64,000 nt of DNA from positions 128,001 to 192,000 of the forward strand of contig CAYFXC010000001.1 in assembly GCA_964347045.1 (NCBI GenBank), written 5' to 3'. The translations under genes were made by a program, and so were the position numbers. Source of the DNA: an uncultured archaeon. GTDB taxonomy: Archaea; Asgardarchaeota; Hermodarchaeia; Hermodarchaeales; Hermodarchaeaceae. Shown here piece by piece: positions 1 to 9,028 of this stretch; position 1 is the stretch's first letter; each line of letters starts with the position of its first letter. Below the pieces are notes generated by a model. That model did not search any database. It was not told where the DNA came from and worked only from the letters and a program-made list of their open reading frames with translations.

Positions 1-1
1 A

Positions 2-520
2 TGGGGCTACACTGTGGTAAGCAAAACTGGAAAGAAAGTATTTCCAATCACGGATAACATCATTGTTGGTAGTGCTGGGGTAAGCGGAGACTATCAAATG
101 CTTTCATCTTTCTTAACAGCTGAATCCAGTCTTTTCGAGTTGGAGAATAGAAGACCTATTACGGTAAATGCTGCAGCCCAACTCCTTTCCAATATTCTTT
201 TTAGTCGCAAATACATGCCTTTCCTCACCCAGACACTAATAGGAGGAGTTGACGAGAAAGGTTCGCACCTGTTTAGTCTTGATCTTGCAGGTTCACTTAT
301 GGAAGAGAAATTCGCTGCGGTTGGTACTGCAACTTCTCTTGTGTTAGGGGTTCTTGAGGCCAATTATCATGAAAATTTATCAAAATCCGAAGCAATGGAA
401 CTTGCAGTTAAGGCAATCCGCTCTGCTACACGGCGAGATGCAATGTCGGGTGACGGAATTGACCTTCTCGTTGTTACTTCGGATGGTTTGGAATCAAAAC
501 ACATTCCACTCGCTGAATGA
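2..520 (+). CDS. psmB: Proteasome beta subunit (5'-truncated by window edge)
   Basis: Frame open from window start; KKVFPITDNIIVGSAGVSGD, DLAGSLME, GVLE, RRDAMSGDGID are Ntn-hydrolase/proteasome beta motifs. Confidence 0.93.
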   Translation, partial: WGYTVVSKTGKKVFPITDNIIVGSAGVSGDYQMLSSFLTAESSLFELENRRPITVNAAAQLLSNILFSRKYMPFLTQTLIGGVDEKGSHLFSLDLAGSLMEEKFAAVGTATSLVLGVLEANYHENLSKSEAMELAVKAIRSATRRDAMSGDGIDLLVVTSDGLESKHIPLAE

Positions 521-531
521 GGATATTTCCA

Positions 532-1488
532 TTATACTTTCTCTAGGAGTATCACGCGGCTTACAGAATCCTCTTTTGAAATAATATAGTCAGATTCATC
601 AGCTAGTTCTTCAGCGAAATCTCGGATTTCTTTCATATTTGGCATATTCTCACGAGAAAGCCGTTGCATGCTGCCACCAACGTGCATAAAGGCTTTGCAT
701 TCAATGAAATCGGAACCTGCTCCATCAAGGATTTTTGCATATTTGGATACACTGTGCATGTTGTGACCCATTACAAGAGTCATTCGTATTACACTAGGAC
801 AGGAGAAAGTAGACAGAAGGCCTAATGAATCCTGTAGCCTTTCCCAGGCTATAGGTACTAAAGGGCGACATAATTCTTGATGTGTTTTTTTATCTGGAGC
901 AACAAATGAGATGTATAACTGTGTGGGTTCCTCAATTTGTTCAAGAACTTGTGGATTGGTACCGTTACTTACAAGATAGCTTGTCCAATTACGATGTTTA
1001 CATTCTTCAATTAAATCTGAAAGTCGTTCATAACGTGTAGGTTCTCCCACCAGACTAATTGCCACGTGTTGTGGGTTTCGTGCCTCTTCATACATTTTCG
1101 GAAGAACTTTGGGATGGCAAATGGGATTATATCCATCGAGAATCTTTCGCTGTTCAATAATGGCATTGTCTAAAATTTCTGAAGGTTCATCAGATACTTC
1201 TCTCTGCAAATGATTAGGAAAGCCTTCGTCCCCAGGCATAGTTCGCCAACAAAATTGACATGATTGGCTACATTGTAGCGTAGGAGAAAGTTGCATGCAC
1301 CTATGAGTAACTATCGTTTCATAGAAAGTTTGTTTGTAACATGGACGCTGCTGGGTCAAAGCCTTGTGAAGGTGATAACATTTCTTCAAAACACTATTTC
1401 TACCAATGAAACGATAACGTTGTCGACGGTAAATTTTAACTAAATCAGTAGAAACCACAAGACCAACCGTGGATTCAGCCAGAGCCAA
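532..1488 (-). CDS. taw1: 4-demethylwyosine synthase TYW1/Taw1 (radical SAM)
   Basis: CYKQTFY, THRCMQLSP, CSQSCQFCWR, AISLVGEPT, SNGTNP, ECKAFMHVG. Confidence 0.93.
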   Translation of the reverse strand: MALAESTVGLVVSTDLVKIYRRQRYRFIGRNSVLKKCYHLHKALTQQRPCYKQTFYETIVTHRCMQLSPTLQCSQSCQFCWRTMPGDEGFPNHLQREVSDEPSEILDNAIIEQRKILDGYNPICHPKVLPKMYEEARNPQHVAISLVGEPTRYERLSDLIEECKHRNWTSYLVSNGTNPQVLEQIEEPTQLYISFVAPDKKTHQELCRPLVPIAWERLQDSLGLLSTFSCPSVIRMTLVMGHNMHSVSKYAKILDGAGSDFIECKAFMHVGGSMQRLSRENMPNMKEIRDFAEELADESDYIISKEDSVSRVILLEKV

Positions 1489-1539
1489 TCATTTAAGTAT
1501 TCTGTTTTCACAGCACCCACACACGACCAAATTGTTCGC

Positions 1540-2184
1540 ATGGGGTCTTCCACCATGAGCCTTAAAAAAATTGGCGATGCAATCTATGCAAATCTAGCAG
1601 TTCAAAACAAATCTCGTGATCTTCTTATTGATGAGATGCATAAAGTGCTAAAAGTAACAAGGGAAGCAATTTCTGCTATACACCAGGATGAAATGAATAA
1701 GGCCGGAAAATCAATTGAAAAAGCCCAATCACTTTTGAAGGCAGCGCAAACTCATGTTGAAAAACTCAGTCAACTCCCTGTTATTGGATTAGTACACGAT
1801 GCTGAAGGCGAAGTCGCTGAGGCTTCTTTATTTTACTCATTTCGCCGTAAAGAGAAGTTACCAGATCCCGAAAAAATTGGTGTAGGCGTCATCGGCTATC
1901 TCCAAGGGCTTGGAGATTTTGTCGGAGAGCTCCGAAGATATTCAATCGATTCCTTAATAAACGATAATCCTGATGAAGCAAAAAGAGCATTTAATCAAAT
2001 GGAACAGGTTTATGCTACTTTAATGACATTCGATTTTCCTCACGGCTTAACACCAGGGATTAGACGAAAAACAGATTTAGCTCGTGGGTTAATTGAACGA
2101 ACTCGTGCTGATCTCAGTACAGCTGTTGAAAACCGTCGGTTACTTGCAGGAATATTCTCTTTACAAAAATCGCTTGGAAAATAA
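1540..2184 (+). CDS. Translin/TRAX family (C3PO-like) RNase
   Basis: All-helical; EVAEA, YLQGLGDFVGELRR, IRRKTD translin motifs. Confidence 0.88.
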   Translation: MGSSTMSLKKIGDAIYANLAVQNKSRDLLIDEMHKVLKVTREAISAIHQDEMNKAGKSIEKAQSLLKAAQTHVEKLSQLPVIGLVHDAEGEVAEASLFYSFRRKEKLPDPEKIGVGVIGYLQGLGDFVGELRRYSIDSLINDNPDEAKRAFNQMEQVYATLMTFDFPHGLTPGIRRKTDLARGLIERTRADLSTAVENRRLLAGIFSLQKSLGK

Positions 2185-2857
2185 AGGAGGGCTATCATCC
2201 CTGCCAAACAAGTTCTCTACTATAAGAGCCCGGCAAGTTCAACAAAGTCTAGTTAAATGCCTTATTGAAGAAGATGCATTCCCTAATCCACCTCTTACGG
2301 TATGCGGTTTAGACGTCTCTTATTTTGATCAGACAGCCATTGGAGTCGCTGTCATACTTAGCTTTCCAGATCTAAATCTAATAGAACAAAAAATTGTGTA
2401 TACCAAATCAACAGTTCCATATGTTCCCACATTCCTATCTTTCCGGGAATATCCCCCACTTTCGTTGGCTTATAATGCACTTTCAACTAAACCTGATCTT
2501 TGTTTTGTTGATGCACATGGTCGAGCACACCCCCGAAAACTTGGTGCGGCTAGTCATTTTGGCATTTTAAGAAATGTGCCCACAATAGGAGTGGCGAAAA
2601 GCTTACTGTGTGGAACCATCCAACTCAATACTAAACCGTTTGAAACAATAATTCTCGATGGTGAAGTACTTGGTGCAAGGCTATTTACAAGATACGGGTG
2701 CAACCCAATTTATGTCAGTGTTGGGCATCGAATATCATTAGCAACTGCTGTTGAAATGACCCAACAATGCGTTAGTAAGTATCGCCTTCCTGAACCCACG
2801 CGTCTTGCACACCGCATGGCAACTGAGGCACGACTTAAATTAAAAAATATGCGATGA
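2174..2857 (+). CDS. nfi: Endonuclease V
   Basis: GLDVSY, PYVPTFLSFRE, VDAHGRAHPRKLGAASH, IGVAK, YVSVGH, LPEPTRLAH; start uncertain (TTG 2093/2174, or CTG 2201 after GGAGG). Confidence 0.93.
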   Translation: MENKGGLSSLPNKFSTIRARQVQQSLVKCLIEEDAFPNPPLTVCGLDVSYFDQTAIGVAVILSFPDLNLIEQKIVYTKSTVPYVPTFLSFREYPPLSLAYNALSTKPDLCFVDAHGRAHPRKLGAASHFGILRNVPTIGVAKSLLCGTIQLNTKPFETIILDGEVLGARLFTRYGCNPIYVSVGHRISLATAVEMTQQCVSKYRLPEPTRLAHRMATEARLKLKNMR

Positions 2858-3552
2858 TACACTTGAAAGAACAGCTTTGGTTTACTCTTTTGGCATTGGC
2901 TCAACTTGGCGCTGTTTCTACCGATATTCGAACATCAACTTCACGGCTAGCTCAGCTTCTACAGATTAGTCAACAAACAGCTTCACGAAGACTTTATGTC
3001 CTGGAAAGAAGGGGTTTCATTCGCCGGGTTCTTGATAATCGCGGACAACTAATTCGCCTAGAACCCAAGGGGATATCGAAATTAGCCAAAGTTCAGTCCA
3101 TCCTAGAAATAGCTATAGCCAAAAAACGATATCGAAGTTTTAGAGGACGAGTCTTCACAGGGCTAGGTGAAGGCGCATACTATATCCGTTTAGAAGGCTA
3201 CCGAAAACAATTCAGAAAAATGTTAGGTTACAATCCGTACCCCGGAACACTAAATATTCAACTATTAGCCGAAACAGACGTGGACGAATTTCAGCTGCTT
3301 AAAGCAACTGTTGGTATCAAAATCTTTGGATTCGTAACTGGGGATAGAAGTTTTGGACCAGTTATATGTTATCCTGCAACAGTAAATGGTGAACAAAAAG
3401 CTACTGTCTTGTTGATTGAACGCACTCACCATCATCCAAATGTCGTTGAAATCATTGCTCCTATTTGTCTTCGTGAAAAACTCGAAGTTTCGGATGATGA
3501 TGTTGTCACTGTGAAATTCGATCTTTCTGTTTTGCAAAGGCCTTCTCAATAA
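2854..3552 (+). CDS. ribK: CTP-dependent riboflavin kinase with N-terminal HTH (RbkR type)
   Basis: HTH SQQTASRRL; GRVFTGLGEGAYY, PYPGTLN, ERTHH, EIIAP. Confidence 0.92.
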   Translation: MIHLKEQLWFTLLALAQLGAVSTDIRTSTSRLAQLLQISQQTASRRLYVLERRGFIRRVLDNRGQLIRLEPKGISKLAKVQSILEIAIAKKRYRSFRGRVFTGLGEGAYYIRLEGYRKQFRKMLGYNPYPGTLNIQLLAETDVDEFQLLKATVGIKIFGFVTGDRSFGPVICYPATVNGEQKATVLLIERTHHHPNVVEIIAPICLREKLEVSDDDVVTVKFDLSVLQRPSQ

Positions 3553-3976
3553 TCCGGGTTGTGCTGTTCAGCTGAAATTCATCATACAATCTTTCTAACC
3601 GAATTACCTGAGTCGAAAATCCTTTTCCTTTTAATCGCTTCTGAATTTCATCTAATGAGAACTTTTGGTTAGGACCCAACATGAGAACATCTGGATTCAA
3701 TTCTTCAATGATGCTTACAAAATCACGACCAGGGTTACCCAAAACTGCTTTTGAAACACCTTTCAAAGCTTCAACCATAAAGAGACGCTGTTTTTCGGGA
3801 ACAATAGCAGGATGCCCTTTCGTATGGATTACATTTTCATCACGAGCAATAACTACAATAACCTCACCTAGCTTTGCCGCCTCCATAATCAGAAAAACAT
3901 GACCGGGGTGAAGAATATCGAAGGTTCCAGTAATAACAATTCGCTTTTTCGTCATCCTGTTTGCCTTTCTATACAT
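3506..3976 (-). CDS. ribL: Archaeal FAD synthase (cytidylyltransferase fold)
   Basis: GTFDILHPGH, VIARD, LGPNQ, NSTTRII; adjacent to ribK. Confidence 0.88.
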   Translation of the reverse strand: MYRKANRMTKKRIVITGTFDILHPGHVFLIMEAAKLGEVIVVIARDENVIHTKGHPAIVPEKQRLFMVEALKGVSKAVLGNPGRDFVSIIEELNPDVLMLGPNQKFSLDEIQKRLKGKGFSTQVIRLERLYDEFQLNSTTRIIEKAFAKQKDRISQ

Positions 3977-4174
3977 GCAACTATAAAATCTTAGGGCTTG
4001 TCTCTTATGCAGAAAGTTTTAAAATCAGTGGTAGAAAAAAATGCTCAATCACGGGCTCGTAGCTTAGCCAGGCAGAGCGTCGGGCTCTTAATCCAATTGT
4101 ATTGGAGACACCCGATTGTCGGGGGTTCGAAAGTATGCGAATATGTATCCGAAAATCCCCCCGAGCCCGCCATT

Positions 4175-5182
4175 TCATCTTTTACGAAAATGTTCATATC
4201 CCTTTGGTTCAATTACTCTCTCTTCTCCATTAATTCGTAAGACTTTGTCAGGCTCTTCGACAATTTTACCAATAGGAGTAAGAGATCCACCTGCTTGTTG
4301 AATAATTTTCGATGCTTTTTCCAACTTTTGAGCAGGTAAGGTTACGATGAGTTCGAATTCTTCACCTCCGTAAAGTGCAAGATCAATCGGATCCAATTTG
4401 TTTGCTGCAGCAAACTTTTTACAAATTTCAGGAATTGGTAAGTTGTCTATTTCGACTCCAACGCGGCTAGCCGCGGCGAGTTCATGTAATGACCATGCCA
4501 ACCCATCACTGCTGTCAATGGATGCAGACACAATTCCAGCACGAGATAATGCTACTCCTTCTTTTATTCGCGCCTTAGGATGAAGTGCCTGTTCCCGAAT
4601 CTGATCAACAAGCTTGGTAGGTTTCGAATGCCCCCGTAACAAAGCTTCAAACAAAGCCCCAGTATACCCGAAATCACCCGTGGTAGCAATCAAATCACCT
4701 GGTTTCGCTCCTTTCCTTCGAAGAATTTGATGTCGAGGTGCCTTACCTATTGCAGTACAATCAATCACGAGTTCCAAACATTGGTTTGTATCTCCACCCA
4801 GATAGTATGTTTCATGTTCACGAAAAACACAATTTAATCCTCCAACGAGAGCCGCCGCAAAATTCGTTGGGGTATCTGCGGGAAGACCCAAAGATACCAT
4901 CACCCCTAACGGTGTTGCTCCTTTTGCCGCTAAATCACTTAGTCCCATCACCCCCGCTTTCCATGCAATTTCACTAGCTGTCATTCCTGGTAAAACATCC
5001 GTTGATTCTACGAGCATGTCACTGTTTACAACAAGAGCAACTCCATTCAAAGGAACAGCCACGGCATCTTCCATACCAGATAGAAGTGCTTCATCGTAAG
5101 GAGTAATCAAATCCTGAAACCAACGGATTAGTCCTCTTTCTCCAAGTTCGCGTAGTGTGGTATGTTTTTTTGACATGAACAA
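4175..5182 (-). CDS. thiL: Thiamine-monophosphate kinase
   Basis: LGERGLI, EDAVAV, SDLAAKGA, GGDT, DSSDGL, GGEEFEL, GYEHF. Confidence 0.93.
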   Translation of the reverse strand: MFMSKKHTTLRELGERGLIRWFQDLITPYDEALLSGMEDAVAVPLNGVALVVNSDMLVESTDVLPGMTASEIAWKAGVMGLSDLAAKGATPLGVMVSLGLPADTPTNFAAALVGGLNCVFREHETYYLGGDTNQCLELVIDCTAIGKAPRHQILRRKGAKPGDLIATTGDFGYTGALFEALLRGHSKPTKLVDQIREQALHPKARIKEGVALSRAGIVSASIDSSDGLAWSLHELAAASRVGVEIDNLPIPEICKKFAAANKLDPIDLALYGGEEFELIVTLPAQKLEKASKIIQQAGGSLTPIGKIVEEPDKVLRINGEERVIEPKGYEHFRKR

Positions 5183-5253
5183 TCCCTTCGCATTCTACTA
5201 TTCACAACAGTGTCGAAATCTTTTTGGGTGTCCCTATTCAACCCATGTACAGT

Positions 5254-5353
5254 GCCTCGGTAGCTCAGTGGTAGAGCGACAGCCTCGTAAATTCTGAAAT
5301 CGTGTTGTCGAGTAAGCTGCTGGTCGCGGGTTCAATCCCCGCCCGAGGCTCCA
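5254..5353 (+). tRNA. tRNA-Thr(CGT) with 25-nt intron at 37/38 (5290-5314); encoded CCA
   Basis: Acceptor GCCTCGG/CCGAGGC, D-arm GCTC-AGTGGTA-GAGC, CT-CGT-A loop, T-arm GCGGG-TTCAATC-CCCGC, U73, CCA; BHB helix CTCG/CGAG with TAA bulges. Confidence 0.93.
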
Positions 5354-5440
5354 TTTTTTGAAGTGCTTGTTAAGCTGGTTTCACGCGAGAATCTACGATT
5401 TCTTGGAATTTCAGATCTCCAGCCTGTTTCAAAAGCGTAT

Positions 5441-5626
5441 CTAAATCCATGAAATTAATGTAAGATCAAAGGGGTCTACCTTGTGTTTTTTGAATAGCCG
5501 CCGATAAAAAGGATGATTCGGATAAATCTGGTAGCGGATAAAAGCGCGGAATTTTCGATTCTGCATAGCTTCAATTTATTCATAGCTTAGTGATTTCAGC
5601 TCATCGAAGGCTAGAAACCGTTTCAT
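5441..5626 (-). pseudogene. Truncated N-terminal remnant of a phenylacetate-CoA ligase (PaaK/F390)-like gene
   Basis: Manual translation MKRFLAFDELKSLSYE*IEAMQNRKFRAFIRYQIYPNHPFYRRLFKKHKVDPFDL..*; resembles the PaaK-family N-terminus (PFYRxLF..xDP); in-frame TAA at 5576-5578. Confidence 0.55.
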
Positions 5627-5809
5627 ATTCAACACATAACAAGAGATACCATAATGACGAATTACAATGCCTGTTTTTTAATTGCAAAAAGCGTTTCGAT
5701 GATTTAAAAGAAGCACCTGCATTCCCCTGTCTAAGTACAGATAACTGTGCATTCTAAACAGGCATTATTCTGCAAGCTTATGAGAAAAAGAAATTTAGAG
5801 CGGAGTGAG

Positions 5810-6058
5810 CTAATCGACAAGGTCAATTAGTGCGACATCTTCGAATGTTCCCGAGGGTAATTTCCGTCTGATAGTAATTGGGAGAACTCGTTTTTGTAAT
5901 TCCAATTCAGCTATTCGTATCGGATCGTGGAAATTCGAAGAAATACGAGTAAGAATTGGGGCACCCATGGATATTTGAAGGGCACGAGCTCCCACTACTC
6001 GGGATTTTTCGTATCGGGTCATTCGTTTAGGACCGATTTCAGGTCCTTTCTTTGCCAC
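5810..6058 (-). CDS. rpoK: DNA-directed RNA polymerase subunit Rpo6/K
   Basis: TRYEKSRVVGARALQISMGAP, LPITIRR. Confidence 0.96.
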   Translation of the reverse strand: MAKKGPEIGPKRMTRYEKSRVVGARALQISMGAPILTRISSNFHDPIRIAELELQKRVLPITIRRKLPSGTFEDVALIDLVD

Positions 6059-6085
6059 ATTTTCCGCCCCTTTTAGTATGCTTTC

Positions 6086-7711
6086 TTAGTCTTCAAAGTC
6101 TTCGCCGCCAGGGGGTCCGCCTGGACCACCGCCGCCTTCCATGCCTTTTGAGGCTATTACATCATCAATACGAAGAAGCATTTGTGAGACTTCGCTTGCT
6201 GATTTAACGGCTTGACGCTTGACAATTAAAGGTTCCCAAACATTAGCTTTTGCGAGATCGCCTACTTTACCCTTAAGCCCATCAACGCCGGCAGCGACCT
6301 CTGCCTTTTCATGACGCGCTTTAAGATCGGTAATGATATCAATAGGATCAAGACCTGCATTTTCAGCTAAGGTCTTGGGAATTATTTCCATCGCTTCGGC
6401 AAAAGCAATGACAGCTAATTGTTCACGACCAGGAAAACGTTCTGCATACTCTAAAAGTTGCCCGGCGACATGGATTTCAGGTGAACCGCCACCTGCAACC
6501 ACTCGTCCATCCTCAACAACGTTTCGAATTACACAAAGTGCATCGTGTAAGGCTCGTTCAGCTTCATCGACGACAAGGTCAGTGCTTCCTCGAAGAAGAA
6601 TACTAACCGCTTTCGGGTTCTTACATCCTTCAACAAAGATCATTTTGTCATCGGCAATCTTTCGTTCTTCGAGAAGTTGAGCTGTTCCTAAATCTTTCTT
6701 TGAAAGATCATCAAGGTTTGAAATTAGTTTTCCACCTGTAGCACGGGCTAGTTTCTCCATATCGCTTTCTTTAATTCTTCGAACAGCAACAATGCCTTCC
6801 TGTGCCATGAAGTGTTGAGCTACATCGTCAATGCCTTTTTGGCAAAGAACAACATTAGCACCAACTTTTTTGACCTTGGCAACCATTTCCCGCAACATTC
6901 GCTCTTCTTCATCAAGGAATGCTTGCATCTGGGATACTTCACGAATATCAATTTTAGCTGTGAACTCAGTTTTTTCCACTTCAAACGCACTTTGAATAAG
7001 AGCAATTTTGGGGTTCTGTACAACTTTGGCCATTCCAGGATGAACGATTTCCTTATCGAGTACAATCCCTTCAATGAAGACGGTGTCGCGAATCGTACCA
7101 CCTTGTTTCTTCTCAACCTTGACATTATCAATATCAGCCCGTTTAGTACCATCTATTGTATCAGTGATGCGTTGGATGGCAGTAACAGCTAAATCAGCTA
7201 AGAACTTCCGAAACTCAGATACGACCTTTGATTGCATGGACGTCATCGCGACCTTCTTGAGCATCGCATCGCTTGAATCATTCACAGCAATGGAATCTAA
7301 AACATCAAGAGCTTTCTCCGTCGCCTTTCGATATCCTTCCACAATGACTGTGGGGTGAATCTTTTGGTCAATCAGCATTTCAGCTTGTTTAAGTAATTCA
7401 CCAGCCAAAACGACAGCAGAAGTGGTTCCATCGCCCACTTCATCATCTTGGGTCTTAGCTACTTCTACAATCATCTTAGCAGCAGGATGTTCAACATCGA
7501 TTTCTTTTAGAATAGTAGCTCCATCATTAGTAATTGTAACATCACCAAAGCTATCAACCAGCATTTTATCCTGTCCTTTTGGGCCAAGGGCTGTTCGAAT
7601 AGCCTCTGCTATTGCTACGGCCGCCATTATGTTATTGTGTTGTGCATCGCGGCCACGTTCTCGCTTTGTACCTTCTTTAAGTAACAGTACGGGGGTTCCA
7701 CCGAGTGCCAT
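6086..7711 (-). CDS. ths: Thermosome (group II chaperonin) subunit
   Basis: [27 protein letters not shown]-rich C-tail. Confidence 0.97.
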   Translation of the reverse strand: MALGGTPVLLLKEGTKRERGRDAQHNNIMAAVAIAEAIRTALGPKGQDKMLVDSFGDVTITNDGATILKEIDVEHPAAKMIVEVAKTQDDEVGDGTTSAVVLAGELLKQAEMLIDQKIHPTVIVEGYRKATEKALDVLDSIAVNDSSDAMLKKVAMTSMQSKVVSEFRKFLADLAVTAIQRITDTIDGTKRADIDNVKVEKKQGGTIRDTVFIEGIVLDKEIVHPGMAKVVQNPKIALIQSAFEVEKTEFTAKIDIREVSQMQAFLDEEERMLREMVAKVKKVGANVVLCQKGIDDVAQHFMAQEGIVAVRRIKESDMEKLARATGGKLISNLDDLSKKDLGTAQLLEERKIADDKMIFVEGCKNPKAVSILLRGSTDLVVDEAERALHDALCVIRNVVEDGRVVAGGGSPEIHVAGQLLEYAERFPGREQLAVIAFAEAMEIIPKTLAENAGLDPIDIITDLKARHEKAEVAAGVDGLKGKVGDLAKANVWEPLIVKRQAVKSASEVSQMLLRIDDVIASKGMEGGGGPGGPPGGEDFED

Positions 7712-7799
7712 GGTGGGTCACCTCTTTGAATAAAAGTAAGGATGTTGCACTTTGCGCTTCAATATAAGCATTTCTCTAGTTCTTACCGAGATTTCTATA

Positions 7800-8951
7800 T
7801 TACAACTGGAGCCGCCCACCAAGTAAACCAATATTTCCAATGTGGGGTGGTTTACCAAGTTCACGTTTGACAGCATCATAACAACGTTGAGCCTGTTTTA
7901 ATGGCGTAAAAGTCAAATCACGCATTAGATGGCGCGGATGAAATATCAAAAGACTATACTCAATGCTCGGTTGATTGAGGTCTTTAAGAAATCGAGCTAT
8001 CTGAGTCACTTCATATTCATCAATATAATGGGGAACAAGAAGGGTGGTTGCCATCAATGGAGGATAATCACGGTCGTCAAAACAAAGATTATCAGCAAGC
8101 ATTGTAAAATTATCAAAACTCGCCTTTTTTGAATTACCACAGAGGGCCTGATATACTGAATCCGAATAAGCCTTTAAATCAAATTTAATAATTCCACCAC
8201 TGTCCTCAGCTAACTTTCCCATCTTTTTTATTACGGCAGGTTTCCCTTGGCCATTCATTTCGAAACATTGTCGGAGTAACCGATTTTTAAAGCGTGTTTT
8301 ACATGCTTCCATAACACGTATTGTAAACGGTAGTTGAGGTTCTGGTGAACCACCGAAATAACACACGCAAGATATCTTCGAATTTTGTTCAATAACATAA
8401 AGAAAATCATCTAATTCTACTGAACTTCCTTGATCAATTTTTTTATGGGATACATTTTGGCAAAACAAACAATCCAGACTACATCCATAGAAAAAGACTG
8501 CAAGATTTGAATAACCATATTCTGCCCGTGGTTTCTTTGCCCATTTAGGATAACCTATTCCCGTTCCACCAGGACAGAAATATGATCCGCAACAATTTGT
8601 AATATGAGGGTCCAAATAATAGTGCATTAGTGCCCTAGTGGCCGAGACTTTTTGTTCAAAACGCCCTTTTTGATTACTTCGTAACCCACAGTAACCAAGA
8701 GCTCCAGGAGGAATTCGACATTGATTTGCACAGATCTTACATCGAATCCCGTTTTTCATTTGAGGAATAGTTTCTGGTAATTCAAATAGATAAGAACGCC
8801 ATTTATGGGCGTTCTGGACAATTTCTTTAATCTCATCAGGCGCGGATCGTATGCAAGATGCACATACAGGGAGAACTTCCGCTAAACCTGTTTTCTGCTG
8901 GCAAATAACACAACGGGTCATCGTCCTTTCAGATATAGAGCCAAAAGGCAA
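7800..8951 (-). CDS. Radical SAM protein, PflA/AmmeMemoRadiSam-related family
   Basis: CKICANQC..GYCGLR N-terminal cysteine cluster; GCSLDCLFCQN CxxxCxxC; GGSPEPQL; FDLKA. Confidence 0.85.
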   Translation of the reverse strand: MPFGSISERTMTRCVICQQKTGLAEVLPVCASCIRSAPDEIKEIVQNAHKWRSYLFELPETIPQMKNGIRCKICANQCRIPPGALGYCGLRSNQKGRFEQKVSATRALMHYYLDPHITNCCGSYFCPGGTGIGYPKWAKKPRAEYGYSNLAVFFYGCSLDCLFCQNVSHKKIDQGSSVELDDFLYVIEQNSKISCVCYFGGSPEPQLPFTIRVMEACKTRFKNRLLRQCFEMNGQGKPAVIKKMGKLAEDSGGIIKFDLKAYSDSVYQALCGNSKKASFDNFTMLADNLCFDDRDYPPLMATTLLVPHYIDEYEVTQIARFLKDLNQPSIEYSLLIFHPRHLMRDLTFTPLKQAQRCYDAVKRELGKPPHIGNIGLLGGRLQL

Positions 8952-9028
8952 AAGGGTTCCGTTGGTGTTGTCTAGTGGTGTAAGTATCTTTTTGTCTGAT
9001 TACGTACCTAAAATATTGGCGAGAACAA

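Noticed and set aside
3998-4301. ORFs 3998-4240 and 4116-4301 and the many other 60-130 aa ORFs antisense or nested in long genes
   Set aside because: Shadow frames of well-supported genes with no independent motifs
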